DNA of 64,000 bases from Patescibacteria group bacterium (GTDB lineage: Bacteria; Patescibacteriota; Patescibacteriia; PEXW01), in contig JBAZBR010000003.1 of the NCBI GenBank assembly GCA_041671325.1, positions 132,506-196,505 of the forward strand, written 5' to 3'. Each line of letters starts with the position of its first letter. Position 1 is the first letter of the stretch. This document shows positions 48,747-58,623 of the stretch, one piece after another. The translations under genes were made by a program, and so were the position numbers. Below the pieces are notes generated by a model that made no database searches, was not told the DNA's origin, and worked only from the letters and a program-made list of their open reading frames with translations.

Positions 48747-50491
48747 AAAAAATATTTTTCATATTTATAATTATTGCCGGTTTAGGGGTTTGGTTTTGGC
48801 CAAGCCAATCAGAAGCCGCCAGTCTTTTATTAAGTCCAACAAGTGCCTCCTTGCAAGTCGGCCAGTCTAAAATTATTTCTATTATTGTGGCCAGTTCAGA
48901 CCAGGCCATGAATGCCAGCCAGGCAGTGCTGAGTTTTCCGACCAGCAAGCTGCAAGTCACAGGTTTATCCAAAGCTGGATTATTTTCTTACTGGACCCAA
49001 GAACCAAGTTACTCCAATTCCAGCGGCACTATAACTTTTGGCGGCGGCATGCCAACCCCAGGCTATAAAGGTTCTGGTCGAAGTATTTTTAGCATTACTT
49101 TCAAAGCTAAGGCAACTGGCACAGCAAAAATTACTTATACTTCTGGGTCAGTTTTTGCCAATGATGGCGAGGGGACAAATATCATAAAAAGTTATGGCAG
49201 CTCAACTTTAACTATTTCCGCAGCCACCCCAGTTAATACCGCGCCAGAACCAGAACCCACGCCCCAGCCAAACCAACCCAGCATAGTGGCACCCAGCGTG
49301 ACTTCCACAACCCATCCAAATTCCGATTCTTGGTATAACAAGCCGGACATTTCCTTGACTTGGACCCGGCCGAATAATAACTTTGGCGTCAGTTATATAT
49401 TGGACCAAGTTGCAACTACCACCCCAGACGAAGCCTTAGAAACCAATACTGGCAGTGAAGATTTCAAGCAAACTGCAGATGGAGTTTGGTATTTCCATAT
49501 CCGCGCCAAATACTCCACTGGCTGGTCTAACACCACGCATTTCAAAATCCAGATTGATACCCGGCCACCAGAAAATTTTTCACCCCAAATTTCCAGGGAA
49601 GGCGGCACGGGTAACCCGAACGTGATCTTGATTTTTTCTACCACTGATTCCTTAAGCGGCGTTTCTGGCTATGCCATTGCTTATGATGCGAATAATTTTG
49701 TTACAGTCACCAGTCCGTATACCTTAAAAAACCAAAAAGCCGGTTTGCACCAATACACGGTCCGCGCCACAGACCGGGCTGGCAATAGCCGGGATGCCAT
49801 TGGCCAGTTTAACGTGGAAGGCAGTCCGGCGCCCAGGATTACCCAAGTGCCCAAAACCGTGACCTTATTCGGGGAAATTCCAGTGGAAGGTTTGACGGTT
49901 AAGGGTGATGAAGTAGTTCTGTTGGTTGATGGCAAGGAAGTCGGCAGATTTATAAGTGACAATTACCAAATTGATTCCAAAAACGGCGTAGCCGTACCCG
50001 AAGGCTTAGTTTTGTGGCGCTATGTTATCCAGCCTTTTTTAATCCCGGGTGACCACCAGTTGACTGCTTATGCCATAAACCAATTTAAGATTGAAAGCCC
50101 GGCTAGCGTGCCCGTACTTTTCAAAACCCTTGGTTCAGTCACCCAGATTTTCGGGTTTTACGTTTCCACCTGGGGCTTGATAATTTCCCTCTTGCTGGTC
50201 ATCTTCATCTTAATCCTGCTCTTGCTCATCCTTTATGAGCGTTACCGGCATTGGCGCCGTCAGCAGGCTTTTGATTTGGATAAAGCCGAAGAGGAAATTA
50301 ACGAGGAAATTGAAAAGCTACAAACTGTTTTGGAAAAGGATATCGCAGGAGCCATTCGCTCATCAATTAAAGAAAAATCAATTCAATCTGCTACCCATGA
50401 CCAGATAAAAAAGGATCTAATCCAAACCCGGAGCCGGATTGACGGTTTGTTGGAGAAGGAAATCCAGCGCAAAAAGCGGAAAAGGAAATAA
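48743..50491 (+). CDS. Cohesin-domain membrane-anchored protein 3
   Basis: MNASQAVLSFP, YWTQEPSYSN, FGGGMPTPG, FANDGEGT, STTHPNSDSWY, TM plus coiled coil. Confidence 0.85.
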   Translation: MKKIFFIFIIIAGLGVWFWPSQSEAASLLLSPTSASLQVGQSKIISIIVASSDQAMNASQAVLSFPTSKLQVTGLSKAGLFSYWTQEPSYSNSSGTITFGGGMPTPGYKGSGRSIFSITFKAKATGTAKITYTSGSVFANDGEGTNIIKSYGSSTLTISAATPVNTAPEPEPTPQPNQPSIVAPSVTSTTHPNSDSWYNKPDISLTWTRPNNNFGVSYILDQVATTTPDEALETNTGSEDFKQTADGVWYFHIRAKYSTGWSNTTHFKIQIDTRPPENFSPQISREGGTGNPNVILIFSTTDSLSGVSGYAIAYDANNFVTVTSPYTLKNQKAGLHQYTVRATDRAGNSRDAIGQFNVEGSPAPRITQVPKTVTLFGEIPVEGLTVKGDEVVLLVDGKEVGRFISDNYQIDSKNGVAVPEGLVLWRYVIQPFLIPGDHQLTAYAINQFKIESPASVPVLFKTLGSVTQIFGFYVSTWGLIISLLLVIFILILLLLILYERYRHWRRQQAFDLDKAEEEINEEIEKLQTVLEKDIAGAIRSSIKEKSIQSATHDQIKKDLIQTRSRIDGLLEKEIQRKKRKRK

Positions 50492-50555
50492 GGTTTTTTG
50501 GAATTGACTAAAGACCATTAATAAAGGGCAGTTTTTTATAATTATTATTTTTATT

Positions 50556-50679
50556 TGTCATTCCGACTGAGCCCGATTCATAGAAGGGCGAGTGGAGGAA
50601 TCTCTATTGAACAAACGAGATCCCTCGGCTCCCGCCCGCTGTGCCTGTGGCGCTGGCTGGCGGGTCGCTCGGGATGACA
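50556..50679. repeat. Palindromic REP/RPE-like element
   Basis: tgtcattccga...tcgggatgaca. Confidence 0.75.
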
Positions 50680-50783
50680 AAAGGCGGAAGCAATGCTCTT
50701 AAAACTGATACTAAAAAAAGTTGACTTTTTCCGCTTTTTGCGCTATAATTAGTATGTAAAATAAAAAAATTAAAACAAAAACT

Positions 50784-50939
50784 ATGTTTTGTCAGCGCGC
50801 GCCACAAAAAAGTATTAAGCTCTCCGTAATTTGGCTAGCGATTTTTGTTATCTTAGCCGGGATCCTGGCTGCCACTTACGGACCGAAAAGCATCCCCGAT
50901 AAAGTCAGTTCTGCCACTGATTCCGTAATTGTCCCGTAA
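50784..50939 (+). CDS. Small single-TM protein (51 aa, not in ORF track)
   Basis: MFCQRAPQKSIKLSVIWLAIFVILAGILAATYGPK...; TTGACT-17-TATAAT promoter just upstream. Confidence 0.55.
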   Translation: MFCQRAPQKSIKLSVIWLAIFVILAGILAATYGPKSIPDKVSSATDSVIVP

Positions 50940-51046
50940 AAAACAATCACCAATCCACGAAATCACAAATGCTCGGCGGAGCATTTTTATAAAAGGTAAA
51001 TTTTGGCTAGAATTAAAGACTATTGATTTTAAAAAAATAAGCATTT

Positions 51047-51916
51047 ATGTCAGTCATTAGCGTTAAGAATTTAGTTAAACATTTTGGCCAAGTCAAGGCC
51101 GTTGATGGCGTTTCCTTTGAAATCGAGCAAGGCGAAGTTTTTGGTTTCTTAGGACCAAACGGCGCAGGCAAAACCACGACCATCAGGTGCATGATGGATT
51201 TTATCAGGCCAACCAGCGGGTCGATTGACATTTTGGGCTTGAATGCCCAGAAAAATTCCACCAAGCTGAAGCGCCGTATTGGTTTTTTGTCCGGTTATGT
51301 CAGGCTGTGCAGTAATTGGACGGGGGAGGAGCATATCAACTTTGCCAAGAATTTGAACGGTGAACATGATGACTCAACCGAATTAGTCGCCAGGTTTAAT
51401 TTTGATCCAACCAAAAAAGCCAAATCACTTTCTTCCGGCAACCGCCAAAAGCTGGGCTTGATCCTGGCACTTTTTAACCAGCCAGAGGTGATTATCATGG
51501 ATGAGCCGACAAATGCCTTGGATCCGCTCTTGCAGAATGAGGTTTACCAGCTTTTGGATGAAGCCAAAAAAAGAGGGGCGACAGTTTTCATGTCCTCCCA
51601 TAATTTGGCTGAAGTAGATCGGGTCTGTACCAAGGTTTGTGTCATCAAAGAGGGCAAAGCTATAGCCACAGAAAGCATCAATAACCTCAAGCAAAAAAGA
51701 TTATATTCGGTTCATGCGCATTTTGCCAAAACCGCACCCACCGAGGCGTTTCAAAAAATCGGCGCTACCATCCTTGAACAGCGGAATGATTACTTGACCC
51801 TAAAGATCAAAGGCAATATCGAACCAGTCATCAAACTTCTGGGCACTTTCCCTTTGCGGGATTTGCAGATCCAGCATGCTTCTTTGGAGGAAATTTTTAT
51901 GGAATATTACCGTTAA
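51047..51916 (+). CDS. ABC transporter ATP-binding protein
   Basis: GPNGAGKTT, LSSGNRQK, MDEPT, SSH. Confidence 0.95.
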   Translation: MSVISVKNLVKHFGQVKAVDGVSFEIEQGEVFGFLGPNGAGKTTTIRCMMDFIRPTSGSIDILGLNAQKNSTKLKRRIGFLSGYVRLCSNWTGEEHINFAKNLNGEHDDSTELVARFNFDPTKKAKSLSSGNRQKLGLILALFNQPEVIIMDEPTNALDPLLQNEVYQLLDEAKKRGATVFMSSHNLAEVDRVCTKVCVIKEGKAIATESINNLKQKRLYSVHAHFAKTAPTEAFQKIGATILEQRNDYLTLKIKGNIEPVIKLLGTFPLRDLQIQHASLEEIFMEYYR

Positions 51917-51920
51917 GCTT

Positions 51921-52724
51921 ATGTTGGACATAACTTTACGATTTTTAAAAGATAAATGGAAGTCGATCCTGGTTTACGTTATTGCCGGTATTGGATTTAT
52001 GTGGATGTACGTGGGCATGTTCCCTTCCATTCAGAAACAGGCGGGAAATTACGCTGATATCGCCAAGGCTTTTCCTGAAGCCATGCTCAAAGCTTTTGGC
52101 ATCCAGAATTTTTCCATCAGTCACCTGGAGAACTTCCTTTCCATTGAGCATTTCAGCCTGATTTGGCCATTGATGCTGATTTTACTGGTTACTGCTTTTG
52201 CGGCCAATGCCATTGCTGCGGAAGTTGAAAAAGGCACAATTGAACTTACCCTGGCTCGGCCGGTTTCTCGCCTCTCAGTTTTTTGGGGAAAGTACTTGGC
52301 TGGGATCATTGCCCTGCTAGTTTTTGTCGCCCTTTCAATTTTCAGCATTGCTCCGCTAGCTGGAATTCACCAGGTCTCCTATACTTTTTCGCACTTCGTT
52401 ACCATGGCAGTCTTGGGCGCGCTTTTTGGCTGGGCGATTTTTTCCTGCGGCATGATGTTTTCAGCTTTTGTTTCCGACAAAAGCAAAGTCGGCATGTACA
52501 TTGGCGCAGTCTTGATTGTCATGTACGTGCTTAATATTATTTCCGGTTTGAAAGAAAGTTTTCAGAACCTGCAATACTTTTCGCTTTTCCATTATTTTAC
52601 CAGCGAAGCAGCCTTGGTCAACAATAATTTGCCAACCAATTCAGTCCTAGTTTTTGTGGGCGTTGCCATTGTCTGCACATTGCTGGCAGCTTGGCGGTTT
52701 GCCAAAAGGGATATTGCCACCTAA
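51921..52724 (+). CDS. ABC-2 type permease
   Basis: Six TM segments, IAAEVEKGTIELTLARPVSR, ends KRDI. Confidence 0.9.
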   Translation: MLDITLRFLKDKWKSILVYVIAGIGFMWMYVGMFPSIQKQAGNYADIAKAFPEAMLKAFGIQNFSISHLENFLSIEHFSLIWPLMLILLVTAFAANAIAAEVEKGTIELTLARPVSRLSVFWGKYLAGIIALLVFVALSIFSIAPLAGIHQVSYTFSHFVTMAVLGALFGWAIFSCGMMFSAFVSDKSKVGMYIGAVLIVMYVLNIISGLKESFQNLQYFSLFHYFTSEAALVNNNLPTNSVLVFVGVAIVCTLLAAWRFAKRDIAT

Positions 52725-52935
52725 AAAAATTAAAACCCGCACCAAAGATGCGGGTTTATTAAAGAAATCAAGCCTGGAGTGAAAAGGATTATTTGCCAAC
52801 CCGAATGATAATTTCTTTTCGCCCGAAAATTCCCAAAGCCTCAAAAATGGCGGTGATCAGCTGGTTTAAAAAAAGAATTCTGTATTGACCAGATGGAATT
52901 GGGTCCTCAGTGGTTTTGACGATTTTAGTCACAAA

Positions 52936-52988
52936 GGAGTAGAGACTTTAGTCTCTTAAATCCAGCCAGAGACTAAAGTCTCTACTCC
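52936..52988. repeat. GTAG-type REP doublet palindrome
   Basis: ggagtagagactttagtctct-N11-agagactaaagtctctactcc. Confidence 0.75.
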
Positions 52989-53104
52989 GGATTTCCATTC
53001 AAACCCGTAAAACTTGCCAAGTTTTAGGGCTTTTGGTATAGTTTTATGTGACAAGAGCATATCTAGTTTTGTAAGCGCTTGTTTTTTATTTTTAGGCTTA
53101 TTAT

Positions 53105-53500
53105 ATGGGGAAAACCAAAAAAGACGAACCAAAGAAGCCCAGCCCAGATCGTGGCCGTTTAGCCTTTTTAACTGACGTAAAAAACCGGCTGGTTAAGGAT
53201 TATAATGCCATCACTTCCAGGATCGGTTCGCTGATTTCCAAAGGCAAAGGCTTGTTTGAAGAGCATGGCATTAAGGATGAAGAAAATGCGGCTGAAGTCG
53301 CTGAATACCAGAATCGGCTGTCGTTGGAAAAAAACCTGGAAAAAGCTAAGGGCGAAATTGAAGAAGCTTTGAAAAAAGTTGAAGCCGGGACTTATGGTAT
53401 TTGCCAAGAGTGCGGCAACCAGATTGAAAGCGAGCGGCTGAAAATTTTGCCTTCAGCCACTATTTGCGCTGCCTGCATTAAAAAAGCCCGGCAGAAATAA
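53105..53500 (+). CDS. TraR/DksA C4-type zinc finger protein
   Basis: D..A coiled-coil tip, GTYGICQECG..I..ERL..LP.ATICAAC. Confidence 0.9.
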   Translation: MGKTKKDEPKKPSPDRGRLAFLTDVKNRLVKDYNAITSRIGSLISKGKGLFEEHGIKDEENAAEVAEYQNRLSLEKNLEKAKGEIEEALKKVEAGTYGICQECGNQIESERLKILPSATICAACIKKARQK

Positions 53501-53505
53501 TTTTT

Positions 53506-53967
53506 ATGAGTAAAAGATTTTGGCTGGCCACGCTTGCGGGTGTGGGATTGTTTATTCTGGACCGGGTCACTAGGACGCTGGCTTTTGGTCACGGGGATAC
53601 GGTACTAATACCCAAAATTTTAAAAAGCCTGCCAATTAAAAATTTTGGCGTTGCTTTGGGCCTAAATTTTACTAATGGCCAAATCAGCGCCGTGGTCATT
53701 AGCAGTTTGCTCTTAGTCGTGGTGATTGTCCTGGCCACCCAAGGCTTAAAAAGGAAAAATTTTTATACTTGGCTTTCAACTAATTTGATTTTTCTTGGCG
53801 CCTTTTCCAACCTGCTTGACCGCGTAATTTACGGCAGCGTCAGGGACTTTTTAAAATTTTCTTTTTGGCCAACTACAAACAATATTGGCGATCTCATGGT
53901 AACCGTTGGCGCCATAATCCTGATCATTACTTATAAACCAAACCCTAAAAAATTATTAAAACATTAA
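53506..53967 (+). CDS. lspA: Signal peptidase II
   Basis: LDRVT, NFGVALG, GAFSNLLDR, G.VRDF, NIGD. Confidence 0.88.
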   Translation: MSKRFWLATLAGVGLFILDRVTRTLAFGHGDTVLIPKILKSLPIKNFGVALGLNFTNGQISAVVISSLLLVVVIVLATQGLKRKNFYTWLSTNLIFLGAFSNLLDRVIYGSVRDFLKFSFWPTTNNIGDLMVTVGAIILIITYKPNPKKLLKH

Positions 53968-54026
53968 AATTTTAATTGCCGCCGTTGATTTTTTGGAAAG
54001 GAGAAAGTCCACGGCGTGAGAGGAAA

Positions 54027-55544
54027 ATGTCTACAACGATTTTGTCCGCTACTACTTTTGGCATCGAAGGCAGGACGGTTAAGGTTGAAGCCGATACCCA
54101 GTTTGGTTTGCCGAATTTCATGGTGGTCGGCCTGCCAGATGTGGCAGTCCAAGAAGCCAGGGAAAGAGTCAGGTCAGCCATCAAGGCGGCCGGTTTTGAA
54201 TTTTATCGGCATAAAATAACCGTCAATTTAGCGCCAGCTGACTTAAAAAAAGCCGGTCCGGGCTTTGATTTGCCAATAGCCATAGCTCTATTGGTCCAGA
54301 CCCAGCAATTACCAATTGAGTTGTGTGATAACCTATATTTTATTGGTGAATTGGGCCTAGATGCCAGTTTGCGGCCAGTTAGGGGCGCTTTAGCCTTAGC
54401 CCGAGTAGCTAAGCATATGCAGGCCCGGGCTTGCGTAGTGCCTTTTGCAAATGGCCCAGAAGCCGCTTTGGTTGAGGGCTTAAAAGTCATTGCGCCGAAA
54501 ACCATGCCAGAATTAATTGCGCATTTGACTAAGACAAAATTGCTTGATGAAGTTAAAGCTTCAAAGCCAAAGCGGACAGAATATGAGACTTTAGACTTTT
54601 CTTTTATCCGCGGCCAAACCCAGGCTAAAAGGGCCATGGAAATTGCGGCGGCCGGCGGGCATAACATCCTTTTAGTCGGCCCGCCAGGCAGCGGCAAAAC
54701 CATACTCGCCAGGAGCCTGCCTTCAATTTTGCCAGAATTGAATTATGAGGAAGCTTTGGAAGTCACCACTATCCATAGTATTGGCGGGATTTTGGCAAAC
54801 GACGCGCCTTTGCAATTAACCCGGCCCTTCCGCACGCCGCACCATACCACTTCGACTGTTGCCTTGGTTGGCGGCGGTTCAACGCCCAAGCCTGGCGAAG
54901 TGTCTTTGGCGCATCATGGGGTTTTGTATTTGGATGAGTTGCCGGAATTTCCAAGGCAGGCTTTGGAAGCTTTGAGGCAGCCTTTGGAAGACGGCGTGGT
55001 TACGGTTTCCCGGGCTAGTCAAACCCTGAAGTTTCCAGCCTGCTTTACCTTGGTTGCCAGCCAGAATCCCTGTCCCTGCGGTTTTCGGGGTGATCCAAAA
55101 AAAAATTGCATTTGCAGCCCGGCGAATTTGATAAAATACGAAAGGAAAATTTCTGGGCCTTTATTGGACCGGATTGATTTGCATATCCAGGTTGCCAGCC
55201 AGAATTTCAAAACTTTGAGGCTGGATGGCGAAAAGTCTGAAAACTCAAAAGCAATCCGAAAAAGAGTGGTAATGGCCAGGAGGCTTCAGAATAAAAGGTT
55301 TAGGTTAGAAAAAATTTCCACCAATTCCCAAATGCACCCTAAATTAGTCGCTAAGCATTGTGGGTTGGATGCAGCCAGCCAAGCCTTGGTTCAGCAGGCG
55401 GTTGACCAAATGCATCTGTCTGCCCGAGGTTATGTTCGGGTTCTAAAGGTTGCCAGGACAATTGCGGATCTAGAAAATTCCGAAAAAATTTTACTGCCTC
55501 ATTTAGCTGAGGCTTTGCAATACCGCAACCAGCCGAATTATTAG
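54027..55544 (+). CDS. comM: YifB/ComM Mg-chelatase-like AAA ATPase
   Basis: VVGLPD.AVQEARERV, AAAGGHNILLVGPPGSGKT, SLAHHGVLYLDE, NPCPCG, ISGPLLDRID. Confidence 0.92.
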   Translation: MSTTILSATTFGIEGRTVKVEADTQFGLPNFMVVGLPDVAVQEARERVRSAIKAAGFEFYRHKITVNLAPADLKKAGPGFDLPIAIALLVQTQQLPIELCDNLYFIGELGLDASLRPVRGALALARVAKHMQARACVVPFANGPEAALVEGLKVIAPKTMPELIAHLTKTKLLDEVKASKPKRTEYETLDFSFIRGQTQAKRAMEIAAAGGHNILLVGPPGSGKTILARSLPSILPELNYEEALEVTTIHSIGGILANDAPLQLTRPFRTPHHTTSTVALVGGGSTPKPGEVSLAHHGVLYLDELPEFPRQALEALRQPLEDGVVTVSRASQTLKFPACFTLVASQNPCPCGFRGDPKKNCICSPANLIKYERKISGPLLDRIDLHIQVASQNFKTLRLDGEKSENSKAIRKRVVMARRLQNKRFRLEKISTNSQMHPKLVAKHCGLDAASQALVQQAVDQMHLSARGYVRVLKVARTIADLENSEKILLPHLAEALQYRNQPNY

Positions 55545-55601
55545 TTGACGAAAAGTGAAAAAAATGCTACAATTACATAGTAAAAATAAAAAGTCAAAAC
55601 C

Positions 55602-57017
55602 ATGCAAATTGAAGTTTTAAATGAACTCGAAAAACAAGAGCGGCAAAAACGGCTACAATGGTCAGTTGTTATCCGTTATATTGTGATATTCATAATTGTC
55701 TTTTTGTCTTGGTTATGTTCATTATTTGGCGTTTCCTTTTACTTGCCCGGAATTCTTTTTTCAGTTTCTTTAGCTTTGGCTTTTAACCTGATTTTAAGTT
55801 ACATCTACAGCCAAAAAGCAGTCAGGCCATTTTGGCCTTATCTGGGTATTGTGGTCGACATGTTGGTTATCACCACTATTGTCCATTTTACCGGTGGTAT
55901 AACTAGCGTATTTTTACCCCTGTACCTGTTGCAAATAGTCGGAACTAATGTGCAATTTTCCAGGCTAGCAGGCCCGATAAACTTTTTCATCGGCACTTTG
56001 CTTTTTGCCATATTATTTACCTTGGAAGATCAGGGTATTATGGTGCATTACACTCCTTTTCCAATTGCCCCGGACTTGCACCAGAATTACGCTTTTATTG
56101 CGGCCACGGGCCTGACCTTAGTTGTTTTAATGGCGGTTTCAACTTATCGCTCTGGTTATGTGGTTAGAAGTTTGGAGAAAGTTGAAACGGAATTGGCCAA
56201 AGTTAACGAAGATTTATTGAGAGCCAATAAAGCTTTTCAAATTGCCAATCAAAGGCTTAAGGATTTAGATGTTCTTAAAACCGAATTTATCTCAGTCGCT
56301 AGCCATCAATTACGGACACCCTTGTCTGCTATCAAGTGGTCATTAAAAATGCTTTTAGACAAAGATTTGGGACCAATAAACGATGAACAAGAAGAGTTAA
56401 TTAAAAAAGGATACCAAAGCAATGAACGCATGATAAACATGATTAATGATTTATTAGATGTCTCCAGAATCGAAGAAGGCAGAATGTCGTATTTGTTCGT
56501 TGAACAATCAATTGACCCAATTTTAATTGAACTGATTGAAGAGCAGCAGCATTTTGCAAGAGATAAAAAAATTGAAATTGATTTTAACTCAGATAAAAAG
56601 CGTTCAGCTTTAGTCAAGGTAGATACCCAAAAAATTCATCTTGCCCTTCAAAATATTTTGGATAATTCCATAAAATACACGCCTTTGGGCGGAAAGATTA
56701 ATATCAAATCAAAAATGGAAAAAGAAGAGTTGGTAATAAGCATTTCAGATACTGGGGTTGGCATCCCAGTAAACCAGCAAGCCCGAATATTTTCCAAATT
56801 TTTCCGGGGTGATAATGTTATGCGGATGCAAACCGAGGGAACAGGTTTGGGCTTATTTATCGCCAAAAATATTATTGAAAAGCATCATGGCCGAATTTGG
56901 TTTGAAAGCCATGAAGGCAAAGGTACAACCTTTTACGCAGCCTTACCCTTACCAAAAGGCAAAGTCTTGGCCAATGAATACAGCGAAGAGTTTGAACACG
57001 CCTTACAAAATTTTTAA
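55602..57017 (+). CDS. Membrane sensor histidine kinase
   Basis: ASHQLRTPL H-box, NILDNSIKY, DTGVGI, GTGLGL; N-terminal TM segments. Confidence 0.95.
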   Translation: MQIEVLNELEKQERQKRLQWSVVIRYIVIFIIVFLSWLCSLFGVSFYLPGILFSVSLALAFNLILSYIYSQKAVRPFWPYLGIVVDMLVITTIVHFTGGITSVFLPLYLLQIVGTNVQFSRLAGPINFFIGTLLFAILFTLEDQGIMVHYTPFPIAPDLHQNYAFIAATGLTLVVLMAVSTYRSGYVVRSLEKVETELAKVNEDLLRANKAFQIANQRLKDLDVLKTEFISVASHQLRTPLSAIKWSLKMLLDKDLGPINDEQEELIKKGYQSNERMINMINDLLDVSRIEEGRMSYLFVEQSIDPILIELIEEQQHFARDKKIEIDFNSDKKRSALVKVDTQKIHLALQNILDNSIKYTPLGGKINIKSKMEKEELVISISDTGVGIPVNQQARIFSKFFRGDNVMRMQTEGTGLGLFIAKNIIEKHHGRIWFESHEGKGTTFYAALPLPKGKVLANEYSEEFEHALQNF

Positions 57018-57023
57018 AAATTT

Positions 57024-57755
57024 ATGGCTTTACAAGTTTCCACTATAATCGATCTAACTAATGCCGGGGTGACTGGTTATTTGGCTTTTCGGCTGTATTC
57101 AGCCTTTGTGCAAAACCCCAAAAGCCAAACCCTTAAGAACTTTTTTTACCTGTATAGCATGTTGGCCATTGCCTACATTTTTCTTTTCGTGCCGAGGATT
57201 ATTGCCAGCGACCAAACAAGGTTTTTAGGTTATAGTTTTGCGGTTGGGAACTGCTTTTTTTTGATTGCCGCGGCTTTTTATGGCAAGATAATCCTTTTTT
57301 TCACCAAACCACAGTGGGCCAAAAAGTTTTTTGTAATTTTTTTAATATTAACCGGCATTGGTTTAGTCAGGGCTTTTTATGAGCCGGCAAAACCGTTTGT
57401 TGATTCAACTACGGGCATTACCAATTGGAATGTTGATCTGGCTTTAGGAATTTATTATGGCATCATGATTTTGGCCATATTAATTCCTGGGATAATTTTC
57501 TTTTTAACAAGGGGGATTCAGGCCAAAACCAACCACGTGGTCAGGATACGTTCAAATACCATTGCCATTGGCACAATATTATTGATATTTACGGTAATAA
57601 CTTTTTATTTAGCCAACACTGAGACTTTGGCCATACTTGGCGATTTATTTTCGGTAGCAGCTTTGCTTACCGTATTTTTAGGGGTAATATATCATCGTCC
57701 CAAACCAATACCCCAGATTATGCCAAACAATTCATTAAATAATCCAAAAGAATAA
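57024..57755 (+). CDS. 7-TM membrane protein (sensor-like)
   Basis: Seven hydrophobic segments, between kinase and regulator. Confidence 0.75.
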   Translation: MALQVSTIIDLTNAGVTGYLAFRLYSAFVQNPKSQTLKNFFYLYSMLAIAYIFLFVPRIIASDQTRFLGYSFAVGNCFFLIAAAFYGKIILFFTKPQWAKKFFVIFLILTGIGLVRAFYEPAKPFVDSTTGITNWNVDLALGIYYGIMILAILIPGIIFFLTRGIQAKTNHVVRIRSNTIAIGTILLIFTVITFYLANTETLAILGDLFSVAALLTVFLGVIYHRPKPIPQIMPNNSLNNPKE

Positions 57756-57759
57756 TTTT

Positions 57760-58581
57760 ATGCCAAGCCGACATATCGTCATAATCGAAGATGAAGACAT
57801 ATTAAGGGAAGTTTTGGTTAAGAAATTTATCCACGAAGGCTTTCGCGTTGATTCGGCAACTAATGGCGAAGATGGCTTGGCCCTAATCCAGTCAGCCAGG
57901 CCAGACGTAGTTTTACTGGATATCTTAATGCCAAAAATGAATGGTTATGAAGTATTAAAAAATTTACAGGCCACGGGCGATAAATTGCCGCCAATTATCA
58001 TAATTTCAAATTCCGGGCAGCCAATTGAAGTGGATAAAGCCGTAAGTTTGGGCGCCATAGATTTTATAATTAAAGCCCAAATAACCCCTGAAGAAGTTTA
58101 CTTAAAGGTTAATAAAATTTTTGAGCCAAAAATTCAAAAACCAAAGACCCAAGTTCAAAACGATGAAAGCCAAGAAGCAGACACGAAAATTTCAAAAAAA
58201 AGCAATGGAGAGTATAGGATTTTATTGGTTGAGGATGACCAATTTTTAAGGGATTTACTGGCAGGCAAATTAAAAAGAGAGGGCTTTGATGTGACTGCTT
58301 GTGTCGACGGCCAAGAAGGTTTGAGGACAATCCAGAAACAAAAGCCAGATTTAGTCTTATTGGATATTATCTTGCCAGGGTTGGATGGTTTTAATGTTTT
58401 GCAGCAAGTTCGTTTTTCCGCTGATAAGCAAGTATCAGAAGTGCCAATAGTCCTTTTATCAAACCTCGGTCAAGATTCTGACGTGGCTAAAGGCAAAAAA
58501 TTAGGGGCCAATGACTATTTAATCAAGGCAAATTTAACGATTGACGATATCATTAAGAAAATCAGGAAATTTTTGAAATAA
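57760..58581 (+). CDS. Response regulator with two receiver domains and no output domain
   Basis: IIEDE...LLDILMP...SN...K and LVEDD...LLDIILP...SN...K. Confidence 0.92.
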   Translation: MPSRHIVIIEDEDILREVLVKKFIHEGFRVDSATNGEDGLALIQSARPDVVLLDILMPKMNGYEVLKNLQATGDKLPPIIIISNSGQPIEVDKAVSLGAIDFIIKAQITPEEVYLKVNKIFEPKIQKPKTQVQNDESQEADTKISKKSNGEYRILLVEDDQFLRDLLAGKLKREGFDVTACVDGQEGLRTIQKQKPDLVLLDIILPGLDGFNVLQQVRFSADKQVSEVPIVLLSNLGQDSDVAKGKKLGANDYLIKANLTIDDIIKKIRKFLK

Positions 58582-58623
58582 AAAAGACCTAAGCCATAAT
58601 CAATCCAGGCTGCGGTTTATAAT

